Assembly (NCBI RefSeq): GCF_902713615.1
Contig: NW_024055815.1
Coordinates: forward strand, 186,001-250,000
Length of the DNA stretch: 64,000 bases
Direction of reading: 5' to 3'
Source of the DNA: Scyliorhinus canicula
Lineage: Eukaryota
In this document: positions 1 through 12,559 of the stretch, piece by piece
Numbering within the stretch: position 1 is the first letter of the stretch
How the letters are laid out: each line of letters begins with the position of its first letter
Translations under genes and position numbers: made by a program
The notes under the pieces: model-generated
Database searches by the model: none
The model's input: only the letters and a program-made list of their open reading frames with translations
Told to the model about the DNA's origin: nothing

Positions 1-970
1 TGGTGATAAGCCTGGATAGAATATTACATGTACTCAGCAGTGTGACCTCCCACCAGTAGGTGGCATCAGGCATCAGTCAGGTGACATCCGGCTACCAGCA
101 GAAGGTCGTTAGGCATACACGAGGCCAGTCGCACATAAGCGTAATTCCAAGAGAGTCCAATGTAACTCTGTGATAACTTAGTCTGTACAGCATTCTGATC
201 GTTACCTTACCGTGTGTACAAATGATACACTAACTGAATTAGAGGAAATGTTAGAGATTTAACTGAACCACATTTTTGAAAGATTTGGCCTTCATGGTGG
301 AGAAACAGGAAAAGCCACTCAGGGAGATGAGGAAATCCAGGCTCAGTGCGGATTTGCTGTCACCCCTCCTTTCTTATACATGAACGGTATTTAAGCTGCA
401 AAACGTTTCACACCAAAACACAGAGGGGTCAAATATAAGCATCACATAATTCTCAATTCACTTCCATTTAACTATATTTGACTTTGTTTGAAAGCTGTCT
501 GTGGTCAAACTGAACAAAGATTCATGGGATTTGTGTTACCCAGTGAAAAGGTTTCTTTTCTTGGTCAGTCATGTTTGCAATTCAATGGTATATATTTCAG
601 AGTTACTCAGGGTGAAGACTCTAGAGCTATTCAATTCAAAATTAAGTCATATATAACAAGTAAATATACAGATGTTCAACATTAAATAAACAAATGTTGA
701 GTAAAATTGGTGGAAATTTTCTGTAGGAAGATAAGAATGATGCATTAATGATTGAACAGAGAGCATTGTTCTGTTAGATATTTACTGAACAAATGCTAAA
801 GTTCAATATAAGTTCTATATCTTATGGTCTTACAAATTGAGACATCTGTTTTAAAGGAACAGCTGTCTTCATGTAATAAGTGACCTGGCCTCCCAGCCGA
901 ACCATTGAAAGCTGCAGCAAGACTGTGCAGTTGAACGTTGCACAGGCCCATTGGTACTGTGCTTCCAGCT

Positions 971-1042
971 GTTTCTGTAGCATGGAGGTTATCACATTCA
1001 CCTAACGCGCAAAAGGTGTCTGGTTCAAAACTAGCAGAAGCA
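971..1042 (+). pseudogene. Degenerate tRNA-Val(AAC) copy
   Basis: GTTTCTGTAGCATGGAGGTTATCACATTCACCTAACGCGCAAAAGGTGTCTGGTTCAAAACTAGCAGAAGCA aligns to the vertebrate tRNA-Val consensus with many stem and box mismatches. Confidence 0.8.
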
Positions 1043-1061
1043 TTAAATACTTCTCATTTAT

Positions 1062-1942
1062 GATGTGGAGATACTGGCGTTGGACTGAGGTGGGCACAGT
1101 AAGAAGTCTTACAACATCAGGTTAAAGTCCAACAGGTTTGTTTAGAATCACTAGCTTTCAGAGTGCAGCTCCTTCCTCAGGTGAATGAAGATGTGGGTTC
1201 CACAAACAAATATGTAGAAAAATTCAATGATGCAAATTGGTACTTTGAATGCGGGTCTTTGCAGGTAATTGTCTTTACAGGTCCATACGGTGCGACTAGA
1301 GAGAGGGATAATCACAGGTTAAAGAGGTGTGAATTGTCTCAAGCCAGGACAGTTGGCAGGATTTCACAAGCACATGTAATGTGACACGAATCCAGGGTCC
1401 CAGTTTAGGCCGTACTCATGTGTACGGAACTTGGCTATCAGTTTCTGCTCAGCCATTCTGCGTTCTCACACGTCCTGAAGGCCAAACGCTTACCCGAAGA
1501 TCAGAGGCTGAATGCCTTCGACTGCTGAAGTGTTTGCTGACTGGAAGGGAACATTCCTGCCTGGCGATTGTTGCGCGATGTCCGTTCGTCCGTTGTCGCA
1601 GTATCTGTTTGGCCTCGCCAATGTACTGCTCCTCTGAACATCCTTTGCTGCAGAGTATGAAGTATATAATTTTGGCCGAGTCGCACCATTACACGTGTTC
1701 TCACGTGTAATGGTGGTACCCATGTTAATGATCTGGCACGTCTTGCAGAGGTTGCCATGGCAGGGTTGTGTGGTGTCAAGATCGCTGTTCTCCTGAATGC
1801 TGGGTAGTTTGCTGCAATCAATGGTCTGAGGTTGTGCGGTTGTTTGGAGGCAAGCAGTGTTGATGGTCTTGGCAAGATGTTTGTCTTCATCGATGATGTG
1901 TTGAAGGCTGCAAAGAAGATGTCATAGTTTCTCCGCTCCAGC
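1062..1942 (-). mobile_element. Penelope-like element 3' part (GIY-YIG endonuclease remnant plus terminal repeat)
   Basis: Frameshifted minus-strand peptides (TTITRENT; HTLQQRMFRG region) resemble the PLE GIY-YIG C-terminus; 1062-1190 is the terminal repeat seen again at 7855, 42424 and 55995. Confidence 0.8.
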
Positions 1943-2054
1943 GAATTCATCAGGCGAATGAGGCACCGGGAGTTTTTCCACAGACCCCAAGAGGCCTACA
2001 GCGAACCCAATGAGACAACCAATGAACCGGAACAGCGGACTGAGCGATCTGTGG
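1943..2054 (+). mobile_element. Inverted Penelope ORF fragment
   Basis: Reads EFIRRMRHREFFHRPQEAYSEPNETTNEPEQ, resembling the N-terminal part of PLE ORFs; abuts the minus-strand PLE piece. Confidence 0.6.
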
Positions 2055-3169
2055 GACTGGAAGATCCAGCCAGCAGCAAGGATTTGGAAACCCCACCCAT
2101 TGAAACAATCCGATCAGCTGATTCTACAGCTCCTCTTCCACTAAACCACTCAAGAACTGCCTCAAGGACTTTCTTGTCCAAATTCTGAACTCACATCTTT
2201 CCCCTCTTTACCTGTTGTTTCCCATCATGCTCTCTCAGTGCTCATCTTGTCTGTGAGACTTACCCGTTGCTCCTTTGAGCCAATTCTCATGAAACTATTT
2301 AACATCCAACTTCCACAATCATATAATTTACAGTGCAGAACAGGCCATTCGGCACATCGAGTCTGCACTGGCCCTTGAACAGAGCACCCTTCTCAAGTAC
2401 ACACCTCCACCCTATCAGTATGGGACAGAAATTCTGAACAGTTAATTCCAGTTTTAGCGGAATATTTTAGTCTCTCTTCTTTCCCCAAAGGTATAAATCC
2501 CTGTCCCACACACTCTCCCTCCTCCCTGGGCTGAAATCCAAATAAAGTATTAGACCATTATTTCTGTATCCTTTTACCAAAGTTATATAATTAGAGGTAA
2601 GAATATTCTTCATAAGTCACTTCATTCATGAGTTGTGACAGACATTAATCTGAATCACCCTGACTGAGCCGACAGAATAACAGAGGTGAACCTTGTGTCC
2701 AGAACTGACCATGTGGAGATTTGATGAGCAATCGCGAAGGTCGTTTCTCCAAATCTTCCAGGGTTTCCTTTGTTCTTCCTCGCCCACTCGAACTAAGTTA
2801 TACCGGATATCAGACTCAGGGTCCATTCTGGTTCGCTTCCTACTGACTAAATAACTTCAATCAAATATGGAGAAGACGGAATCCACTGTTCGGTCCCTGC
2901 TCCAAACTCCATTCCTGACGTACCAACTCTATCCCTCTCCCTGGCACAGTCTGAGACTTAGCCAGACTCTTTGTAAATTTGGTTTCATACTTGATCCAAT
3001 ATGAGCTTCTGACCTCATAGAATTTACAGTGCAGGAGGACATTCGGCCCATCTAATCAGCACTGTCTCTTGGAAAGAGAACCCAAACTAAGCCCACGCCT
3101 CCACCTATCCCCGTAACCCCCCCCCCTAACCTTTTAGATAATACGGCAATTTACCATCGTAACCTCCCG

Positions 3170-3700
3170 ATTCGACAATTCCATTATACACCTGGCTGCT
3201 CTCCCACATTCTACCTCTGTAAACTTAAAGCCATCCAAAAGTCTGCTACCCATGTCTTAATTCACAGCAAGTTCCTTTCCCCTGTGATCCCTGTGCTCCG
3301 AGACTTGCATTCGCTCCCAGTCAATTCTCACCCTTGTTTTCAAATCCCTCTGTGGACTTGTCTCTTCCTGTGTCTGTCATCTCCTCCAGCCCTACAACCC
3401 CCTGAGATATCTGCACAGCTCTGATCCTGGACTCTTGCACACCCCCGATTCTAATTACTCCGCCATGGTTTTAAGTTCCCTCGGCCCCAAGCACTGAATT
3501 CCCTCCCTGAACCGCCCTGTCTCCACCTCACTTACCTCCTTTCAGACTCTTTAAAACTCACCTCTTTGACCAAGTTTTGGTCACCTGTCCTAATATCTCC
3601 TTTTGTGTCTGGGTGTCTCACTTTGTTTTATGATGTTCCTGTGAAGTTGACTGGGATGATTTATGATGTTAAAGGTGTTATGTAAATAGATGTTGTTGTT
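3170..3700 (+). mobile_element. L2 LINE 3' end
   Basis: Degenerate RT C-terminal sequence and L2-type tail (ctttaaaactcacctctttgaccaagttttggtcacctg ... atgtaaatagatgttgttgttg). Confidence 0.7.
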
Positions 3701-3904
3701 GACTGTAACCCTGACCTCCTGTTTTACAATATCCCATTGGTTTCACAACAAACTCTATCTCTGATGTTTTGCCCCCTGCGGGTTTGCAGCGTCTATAAAG
3801 TTGGTGGCCGTTAACTCAGGTCTGTCACCGGGAGAAGGCCACTGATGCAAACCCGGGCCCGGAAACTTCTTATTGGGGTTTGGAGCCTCCACCGGGTTTC
3901 AGTG

Positions 3905-4400
3905 AAACCTGCCACTTCGCGGCTCTGCCAGAGACCTGCTCCTTTTGCGGTCTGGTGGAGACCGTGGAGCACGTTTATGTTGTATGTCCCAGGCTGCACC
4001 CCCTCTTTGATTTCTTGACGTTGTTGTTGAGGTTTTGTTTGCACTTCAACCCCACGCTCCTGATCTATGGACATCCGGTGCGGCGAGGGGCAGGGAAGGC
4101 GGAGGACTTCCTTGTGAACCTGCTCCTGGGCCGGGCCAAACTAGCCATTTATCGGTCCAGGCAGCGGGCGAGCGAGGGGGTCGTCCAGCCCTACTGTCTG
4201 CCCCTCTTCCGCGGCCTCGTTCGTGGCCGGCTGTCCCTGGAGAGGGAGCATGTGGTGTCCATGGGCACACTGGAAGATTTCCGTGCTCGGTGGGCACCGC
4301 AGGGGTTGGATTGCCTTATCTACCCTGATTTTCACACTCTAATTTGACGGGTTTTAGATAAGTTTCTGTTCCCTTTCTTGTTCCATTTGGGTTGTGCTCC
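3905..4400 (+). mobile_element. 5'-truncated Tx1 (L1-clade) retrotransposon, ORF2 C-terminus
   Basis: ORF 3880-4347 contains CSFC-x3-ETVEH-x4-C zinc knuckle and LLLGRAKLAIYRSR motif, followed by a T-rich 3' tail. Confidence 0.8.
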
Positions 4401-4599
4401 ACTCGTTGTTTTAGCAGCACCTCCTTCTTTTGTTTTATCCATTATTTACTTTATGTTCTTTTGCTTAGTTCTTTTCACACCCAGCATCATGCTAAGGCAG
4501 ATGCTGGCTTAATCCTGCATATAAACATAAATGTGCAGGTCTCAAAACTCACAAAATAAATTTTACAAAAAACGAACATCAACATCAGACATAAACTAA

Positions 4600-5150
4600 A
4601 GTAGTGAAGCCACCCGGCCGAGTCCAGCATCGGCACTGCGCATGCCCCAGCTCACAATGCCCTGGGAATGATTGACGGCAGCTCTGATCCAATAGGAAGA
4701 GAAGGATGGGCCTGGAGGACCGAGTGGTTGTAGCGGGTCCTCCAAGCAATCGGAGTGAATGAGGGGCGGGGTCTGAGCCCCGTCTCCCACGTGAGGTGGA
4801 GCATGCGCTGTGCCGAGTGCAGTTCAGGATTCAGACGGTGGGCTGGAGATTCCTGGTCAGATCCCGCTCGGTGAGTCCTGAGGGAGGGATGGAGCCGGCC
4901 CGGCGGATGGGTCGGGAGGCTTCATAAACACTCCGTGTCACCCAGAATACGAATCTCGGATATGGCAGTTGAACCAGCGAAAGGTGCTCGGGCTTTTCTC
5001 TGAGACAGGCCCGGGTGGCCGAGAGAACGCGTACGGAGCGAGTGTCCCGGCTTTGCTCCGCCTCCCATTCATTCTGATTGGCTGGAGGACCAGCTGCTCC
5101 CGGTTAGTCCTCCAGCACCGCCCCCTGAGTTGGAACAAAACCTTCCGCTT
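4600..5150. promoter_or_regulatory. CpG-rich, probably bidirectional promoter (ZNF-type)
   Basis: NRF1-like GCGCATGC, CCAAT/ATTGG boxes, GC box GGGGCGGGG, E-box CACGTG, splice donor CTCG|GTGAGT at 4871; a second, oppositely oriented module at about 5050-5130. Confidence 0.6.
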
Positions 5151-5159
5151 CATCCAACA

Positions 5160-6246
5160 GATAGAACAGAGAAACATACAGCACAGAATAGGCCCTTCGG
5201 CTCACGATGCTGTGCCCAATATTTGTCCTAGATTAATTCTAGATTATCAGAATCTACAGTGCAGAAGGAGGCCATTCGGCCCATCGAGTCTGCACCGGGT
5301 CTTGGAAAGAGCACCCTCCCCGAGGTCAACACCTCCACCCTATCCTCATAACCCAGTAACCACACCCAACACTAAGGGCAATTTATCATGGCCAATCCAC
5401 CGAACCTGCACATTTTGGACTGTGGGAGGAAACCGGAGCACCTGGAGGAAACCCACGCACACACGGGGAGGATGTGCAGCACTCCACATAGACATTGACC
5501 CAAGCCAGAAATCGAATCTGGGACCCTAGAGCTGTGAAGCCATTGTGCTATCAACAATGCTACCGTGCTGCCCTCAAGAACAAATTAATCTACACTTCAT
5601 TATTCTACCATAATCCATGTACCTATCCAATAGCCGCTTGAAGGTCCCTAATGTTTCCGACTCAACTACTTCCACAGGCAGTGCATTCCATGCCCCCACT
5701 ACTCTCTGGGTAAAGAACCTACCTCTGACATCCCCCTATATCTTCCACCATTCACCTTAAATTTATGTCCCCTTGTAATGGTTTGTTCCACCCGGAGAAA
5801 AAGTCTCTGACTGTCTTCTCTATCTCTTCCCCTGATCATCTTATAAACCTCTATCAAGTCATCCCTCATCCTTCTCCATTCTAATGAGAAAAACCCTAGC
5901 ACCCTCAACCTTTCCTCATAAGATTTACTCTCCATTCCAGGCAACATCCTGGTAAATCTCCTTTGCACCTTTTCCAAAGCTTCCACATCCGTCGTAAAAT
6001 GAGGTGACCAGAACTGCACACAGCACTCCAAATGTGGCCTTACCAAGGTTTTGTACAGCTACATCATCACCTAACGGCTCTTAAATTCAATCCCACTGCT
6101 AATGAATGCTAGCACACCATAGGCCTTCTTCACAGCTCCATCCACTTGAGTGGCAACTTTCAAAGATCTATGAACATCGACCCCAAGATCTCTCTGCTCC
6201 TCCACAATGCCAAGAACCCTTCCGTTAACCCTGTATTCCGCATTCC
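5160..6246 (-). mobile_element. CR1 LINE 3' portion (interrupted by a SINE)
   Basis: ORFs 5699-6046 and 6071-6313 give CR1 RT C-terminus (VRPHLECCVQFWSPH, QRDLGVDVHRSLK). Confidence 0.9.
5241..5573 (-). mobile_element. HE1-like tRNA-derived SINE
   Basis: Minus strand GGGCAGCACGGTAGC head, GGTCCCAGATTCGATTTC B-box, GCGTGGGTTTCCTCC core and CR1-like tail. Confidence 0.85.
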
Positions 6247-7808
6247 ATAAGACCATAAGACATAGGAGTGGAAGTAAGGCCATTCGGCCCATCGAGTCCA
6301 CTCCGCCATTCAATCATGGCTGATGGGCATTTCAACTCCACCTACCAGCATTCTCCCCGTCGCCCTTAATTCCTCGCGACATCAAGAATTTATCTATCTC
6401 TGCCTTGAAGCCATTTAGCGTCCCGGCCTCCACTGCACTCCGCGGCAATGAATTCCACAGGCCCACCACTCTCTGGCTGAAGAAATGTCTCCGCATTTTT
6501 GTTCTGAATTTACCCCCTCTAATTCTAAGGCTGTGCCCACGGGTCCTCGTCTCCTCACCTAACGGAAACAGTTTCTTTGCGTCCACCCTTTCTAAGCCAT
6601 GTATTATCTTGTAAGTTTCTATTAGATCTCCCCTTAACCTTCTAAACTCCAATGAATACAATCCCAGGATCCTCAGCCATTCATCATATGTTAGACCCGC
6701 CATTCCAGGGATCATCCGTGTGAATCTCCGCTGGACATGCTCCAGTGCCAGTATGTCCTTCCTGAGATGTGGGGCCCAAAACTGGACACAGTACTCCAAA
6801 TGGGGCCTAACCAGAGCCTTATAAAGGCTCAGTAGCACATCGCTGCTTTTATATTCCAACCCTCTTGAGATAAATGACAACATTGCATTCGCTTTCTTAA
6901 TCGCAGATTCAACCTGCATGTTTACCTTTAGGGAATCCTCGACTAGCACTCCCAGATCCCTTTGTACTTTGGCTTTATGAATTTTCTCACCGTTTAGAAA
7001 GTAGTCTATGCTTGGATTCTTTTTTCCAAAGTGCAAGACCTCACATTTTCTCACGTTGAATTGCATCAGCCATTTCCTGCACCACTCTCCCAAACTGTCT
7101 AGATCCTTCTGCAGCCTCCCCACTTCCACAGCACTAACTGCCAGACCACCTAACTTCGTATCATCGGCAAACTTCGCTAGAATGCCCCCAGTCCCTTCAT
7201 CCAGATCATTAATATATATGGTGAACAGCTGCGGCCCCAATACTGAACCCTGTGGGACACCGCTGGTCACCGGCTGCCATCCCAACTCTCTGCCTTCTGT
7301 CAGACAGCCAATCCTCAACCCATGCCAGTAGCTCACCTCGAACACCATGGGCCCTCACCTTACTCAGCAGCCTCCTGTGTGGCACCTTATCAAAGGCCTT
7401 TTGGAAATCCCGATAGACCACATCCACTGGGTTTCCCTGGTCTAACCTACTTGTCACCTCCTCAAAGAATTCTAACAGGTTCGTCAGGCACGACCTCCCC
7501 TTACTAAATCCATGTTGACTTGTTCTAATCCGACCCTACTCTTCCAAGAATTTAGAAATCTCATCCTTAACGATCGATTCTAGAATTTTACCAACGACCG
7601 AGGTTAGGCTAATTGGCGATTAATTTTCCATCTTTTGTCTTGATCCTTTCTTGAACAAGGGGGTTACAACAGCGATCTTCCAATCGTCCGGGACTTTCCC
7701 TGACTCCAGTGATTTATGAAAGATCTCAACAAACGCTTCCGCTATTTCTTCAGCCACCTCCCTCAGAACTCTAGGATGTAGCCCATCGGGGCCAGGAGAT
7801 TTGTCAAT
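6247..7808 (-). mobile_element. CR1 LINE, 5'-truncated, frameshifted RT
   Basis: ORFs 6332-7348 and 7209-7457 (DFQKAFDKVPH, GVPQGSVLGP, KFADDTK); short tandem 3' tail. Confidence 0.95.
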
Positions 7809-7854
7809 TCATATTTGTCCTTCCAAAATGGACAACCTCACACTTGTCAGGATA

Positions 7855-8035
7855 GGAGTCTTACAACACCACGTTAAAGTCCAACAGGTTTGTTTCAAAC
7901 ACGAGCTTTCAGAGCACTGCTCCTCCCTCAGGTGAATGAAGAGGTATGTTCTAGAAACATATATATAGTCAAAGATGCAAAACAATGCTTTGAATGCGAG
8001 CATTTGCAGGTAATTAAGTCTTACAGAGACAGGGG
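7855..8035 (-). mobile_element. Penelope terminal repeat fragment
   Basis: Same sequence family as 1062-1190 and 42424-42510. Confidence 0.75.
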
Positions 8036-8567
8036 TATATCCTAGTTTGCGGGCTACTTGAATAAATGTACATTTCTATAAAACCTTGCACTGCCACTGG
8101 ACCTTCCGAAGTATTTTAAAGCCAATGAAGTACTTTTGAAACATATTCACTGATGTAATGTAAGAAGCTGTAATTACGCATGTGTAATCACATTTAGTTT
8201 TAAAATTGTTATTTTCATAGTGTATTCACTGTTATTGGTAACAAGGTCAAGGAAGCCCTTTTATACCTCTAACACGTGGCTTTCTGCAGCCATTTCCCCT
8301 TCTGTACCTTTTCTATATTAACCATGTATTGATTTCATACCACAAAACAATAATTACATTTATGATTATTCAGTGGTGAACATTAATTATCATTAGTGAA
8401 TTGGTGTATTTGGTAATCATATTGCAACGGCTAGATCTTTATTTTTAAAAAATAACACCTTCAACCAAAATGTTTCCAGAAACTGCAGAGCTATCAGAAT
8501 TTGATTGAAAAAATAAATTACTTTGTAATTTTGTGAAGTTACAAGACATCATACTCTGCCAAGACTG

Positions 8568-8920
8568 TGGGCCAGGCAGTAGAGTAATGGTATTGTTACT
8601 GGGCTAGTAATCCAGAGACCCAGGTTAATGCTCTGGGGATCTGGGATCAAATCTGCCTATGACAGATATTGAAATTGAATAAAAGTCTCAAAGTATAAGT
8701 CTAACGGTGACTTTGTCGATTGTTGTAAAAACCCGTCGGGTCCTTCAGGAAATCTGCTCTCCTTACGTGGCCTGGCTGACACATTACTCCAGATCCACAG
8801 GAATGTTGTGGTTGATTTGAACGTGCCCTCTGAAATAGCCTCACAAGACACGCAGTTCAAGGGCAATTGGAATGAGCAGTAAATGCTGGTCCAGCCAGTG
8901 ACCCCCACCTCCCATGATTG
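8568..8920 (+). mobile_element. Deu-domain SINE (SacSINE1-like)
   Basis: tRNA-like head, then ggaaatctgc...actccagatccacag...tgccctctgaaatagcc...gggcaattgg..aaatgctgg body. Confidence 0.75.
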
Positions 8921-9061
8921 AAGAATTTTGAAGAAGGCTCAGTGAGGTACAGTGAAAAGTATTTTTTCCATATAAATTTAGAGTACTGCTCCAATAAAGC
9001 TCAAAGGAAACTTGAGAAACAGAACCTCATCCTTGATCAGGCAATTTATCTTTTATTTGTA

Positions 9062-9279
9062 TAAATTTAGAGTACCTGATTATTTTTTTTCCAAATTAAG
9101 GGGCAATTTAACATGGCCAATCCACCTAACGTGCACAATTTTGTGTTGTGGGGTTGAAATCCACGCAGACATGGGGAAAATGTGCAAACTCCGCACGGAC
9201 AGTGATCCAGGGCCGGGATTCGAACCTGAGTCCACGGTGCCGCAGTCCCAGTGCTAACCACTGCGCCATATGGTGCCCC
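9062..9279 (-). mobile_element. HE1-like SINE
   Basis: Minus-strand GGGGCACCATATGGCGCAGTGGTTAGCAC head and GGTTCGAATCCC B-box. Confidence 0.85.
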
Positions 9280-9377
9280 GTATTCATTAAAAATTACTGT
9301 ATTCATTAGCTAAAAGTCTGCAACAGATGATTAAATAAGTGGTGATCATTAATTGAGTTACAATTAGTGAAACAATT

Positions 9378-9698
9378 TTTTTAATGCATTGGACATGGGC
9401 GTCGCAGGCTGTGCCAGCATTTATTACCCATCCCTAATTGCCCTTGAGGGCTGGTAAGAGTCAACCACATTGATATGGGTCTGGAGTCACATGTAGGCCA
9501 GACTGGGTAAGGACGGCAGATTTCCCTCCCGAAAATGCATTAGTGAACCAGCTGGTTTAATAGACTTTTAATTCCAGAAATGTTATTGAGTTTAAATTCC
9601 ATCAGCTGTGGTAGTAGGATTCAAACCCGGGTCCCCAGATCATTATCCTGGGTTTATGGATGACTAGTCCAGCCACAATACCACTACACCACTGCCTC
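9378..9698 (-). mobile_element. Deu-domain SINE (SacSINE1-like)
   Basis: Reverse copy of the 8568-8920 family. Confidence 0.75.
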
Positions 9699-9699
9699 C

Positions 9700-10050
9700 T
9701 CACTGTGTAACTGGTTAAAGCTCTTTCCACAGTCAGTTCACTGGAACACTCTCACTCGGGCGTGTGTTGTGTGGGTCTCGGTGCTTTTCCAGTTACACTG
9801 ATGTTTCCACAGTCAGTTCACTGGAACTCTCTCACTCGGGTGTGTGTTGTGTGAGTCTCGGGCTTTTCCAGTCACACTGATGTTTGAAATCTTTTCTCAT
9901 TGAGAACAGAGAAACATTTCTCCTTCCACATTCGAATGATGATATTCAGGGTCTGATGAATCAACTGACTTCTGTCCGACCTTGATGCAATATTTAGTCT
10001 CAATTTACCGAATACAAACCTTCTATTGTCCCGTAAAAGAGTTTACAAAA
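9700..10050 (-). pseudogene. Decayed ZNF-gene exon start
   Basis: Reverse strand resembles the start of the 14000 exon and gives VFQ-x-TDCGKSFNQLH-like finger remnants with an internal duplication. Confidence 0.6.
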
Positions 10051-10139
10051 CTACGGTACTGAGGACCCGAGTTTGAAACAAGGCCCTGGGTCAATGTCCG
10101 TATGGAGGTTCTGCTCCTCGAGTTTCCTTTGAGCTTTAT

Positions 10140-10385
10140 TGGAGCAGTGCAGGAGGCTGTGGACAGAGTGGGAGTGGGGTAGGGAATTAAAATGTTAAAA
10201 TGATCAGAAGCTCAGGATTATGTTTGCAGACTGAATGGTGATGCTCCACAGTCACCCAATCCAGATTTAATCTCCTCAGTGTAGGGGAGACCAAATCGTG
10301 AGCAGTGAATACACAACACTGGATGGCAAGAAGTACAAATAAATCACGGTCACCTGGAAAGTGTGTTTGGAATCCTGGAATATGG
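10140..10385 (-). mobile_element. Old Penelope-like GIY-YIG fragment
   Basis: Degenerate reverse-strand match to the YCIHCSR..LYIGET..RL..RF region of PLEs. Confidence 0.5.
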
Positions 10386-11449
10386 GAAGGAAGGCGATGA
10401 ACTGGTGTTTGTTCCATCTGTTGTATCTGCATGGAAATGGTTTACAGTGATGTTCATAAAAACACATGAAATGGAAGCGGGGGGAGCCTATATGGATCCT
10501 CGAGCCACTGCATTTCTTGCTGGCTGTAACCTGCCCGTTCAGGCGTCATTCTGATATACTTTCCCGTATCGTCCCCAGTCCTTCCAGATCCATTTTATGA
10601 TATGGATACATTAGCTCAACAATCCTGTGAACTAATTTAGTCAGGCCCAGTGTCACCGAGCTGAAATCCAGTCTTTCTCTGACACATTATTCTTAATGCC
10701 ACAGCTGACAGGTTAAGAGTTTAGCAGTGAGTGGAAGAGGCAAGTTTGTAGATGCTCTGCAGAGTTACAGACTGGCTCGTTGGATCTTGTTCTGTCCCAT
10801 CTTACATTCAGCTAACAGTAAAATGACTAAAATGCTGCAACACACAGGCATTTGGTGCAACGGTGAATTTGCTGCTCAGATTAGTTAAAGTCTCCATATT
10901 GTAAAATGGATCTCGAAGGACTGGAGAAGATGCAGGAAAAGATATTTGAATTATGCCTGAACTGGCAGGTTATACCCAGCAAGAAAGATTGGACAGGGCA
11001 TCACCTTTTCTTTGGAAAAGGGAATGAAGGATGGCCTGATCCTGCAAGATTATGAAAAGGTTTGATATGATAGACAAGTGGAAGATGTTTACATTGGATA
11101 AGAATAAATATGAGTTAGTCATTAATTAATCTAATGTGCAGTTCAGAGGGAGATCACCCACACACTTCATGTGTGCAAAGAAATGGAGCCGGTGGGTAGC
11201 CGGGAAGCAATAGAAGCTGCGGAGTGACTTGGGGAGGCTTCAGAAAAACCCTGAGGAGGCTTCAACTCCCGAGTAAAATGTTAACGGTGCGGTCTTAACG
11301 GGCACCGAATAGAGTGAGAGCTGAGCGGTGACAGGCCCGGGTTACCAGCTGCCATCTTTACAGAGGACAAGGTGCCGCAGGGCGCATGTGCTGCGAGCCT
11401 GGACCGGTTGCCAACTTTCCCAGATTGACTGACTGGAGTCTCCAGGATT

Positions 11450-11910
11450 TGATTTTATTCATTTGTGGGAGTCACTGGCTGGGCCAACATTTATTGCCCA
11501 TCCCTAATTTCCCTCAAACCGAGTGGCTGGCTCGGCCATCTCGGAGGACATTTAAAGAATCAACCACATTGCTGTGGTTTGGAACCGTGTCGGCCAGACC
11601 AGGTAAGGATGGCAGATTTTTTTTTCTGTTCATTCCCGGGATGTGGGTGTCGCTGGCTGGGCCAGCATTCACTGCCCATCCCTAATTGCCCTTGAACTGA
11701 GTGCATCTCAGAGCATTTTAAGAGTCAACCAGCTGACTGTGGATCTGGAATCACATGTAGGCCAGACCAGGTAAGGATAGAAGATTTCCTTCACTGAAGG
11801 ACAGGAGTGAACCTGATGGGTCTTTGCAACAATCGACAATGGTTCCATTGTCATCAGTAAACTTTGAATGAAATCAAATTTTACCTTCTGCCTTGGTGAG
11901 ATTCATACCT
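11450..11910 (-). mobile_element. Two nested or tandem Deu-domain SINE copies
   Basis: Repeated ggctgggcca.catt..ttgcccatccctaatt tail and ggtaaggatggcagattt core. Confidence 0.7.
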
Positions 11911-12199
11911 GGGTGTCGAGAAAATCATTGGGACAGTAAAGAAGATTTTTGAATATTTCTCTTCAGATATTGAAAATGGGATAAAGGTTGATTGGCTGAC
12001 AGTCAATCACTGTCCTGTAAGGTAATGAGTCCTGTTCCCATTTGGCCGAGGAAGGCAGTGTGTCACAAGGATGGATGTGTCGACCGATTAATGGCTGGAG
12101 GATGGGGGCAGGTCATGTGATCAAACCTCCAGGAATACATTTAATCAAAGTTGGCGAGGAGAGAATGTTGTGAATTTCTATCCTAAACTGACAGTGAGG

Positions 12200-12415
12200 T
12201 TTCTGTAAATTTACAGGATACTGGAAGAGGAGGTTTAACAGACGGGAAACGCAAACCAAACGTCACATCGTGATCTGACAGAGTCACTCGATTCATTAGA
12301 AACTGAATTTCAGCAGCATCTGGGTGTGGAAGGTAAAAGGTTTGTCTGTTCTGTCTGTGAGGGAAGATTTCAGGTCTCAGTGTGACTGGAAAAGCCCCGA
12401 GATTCACAAACCCTG
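12200..12415 (+). pseudogene. Decayed ZNF-gene exon start
   Basis: Acceptor tttacAG at about 12216, then sequence paralogous to 14000-14110 (caaaccaa.c.tcacatc.gatctgacagag) and FVCSVC remnant, followed by a stop. Confidence 0.6.
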
Positions 12416-12559
12416 GTTAGGCCAAACCTGGAGAACTGTGTTCAGTTCCAGGCAACAAACCTGAGGAAGGATAGAATGGCCTCGGAGGGAGTGTAGCACA
12501 GATTTACCTGAGTGATATCTGAACCCTCCGAGGTTAAATTACAAAACTAGATTACACAA

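Noticed and set aside
1-280. Possible LTR end at the window start
   Set aside because: Only compositional resemblance; no PBS, PPT, partner LTR or TSD visible.
2626-2826. 66-aa minus-strand ORF near the ZNF-associated sequence
   Set aside because: No recognisable motif, and no supporting splice or RSS context.
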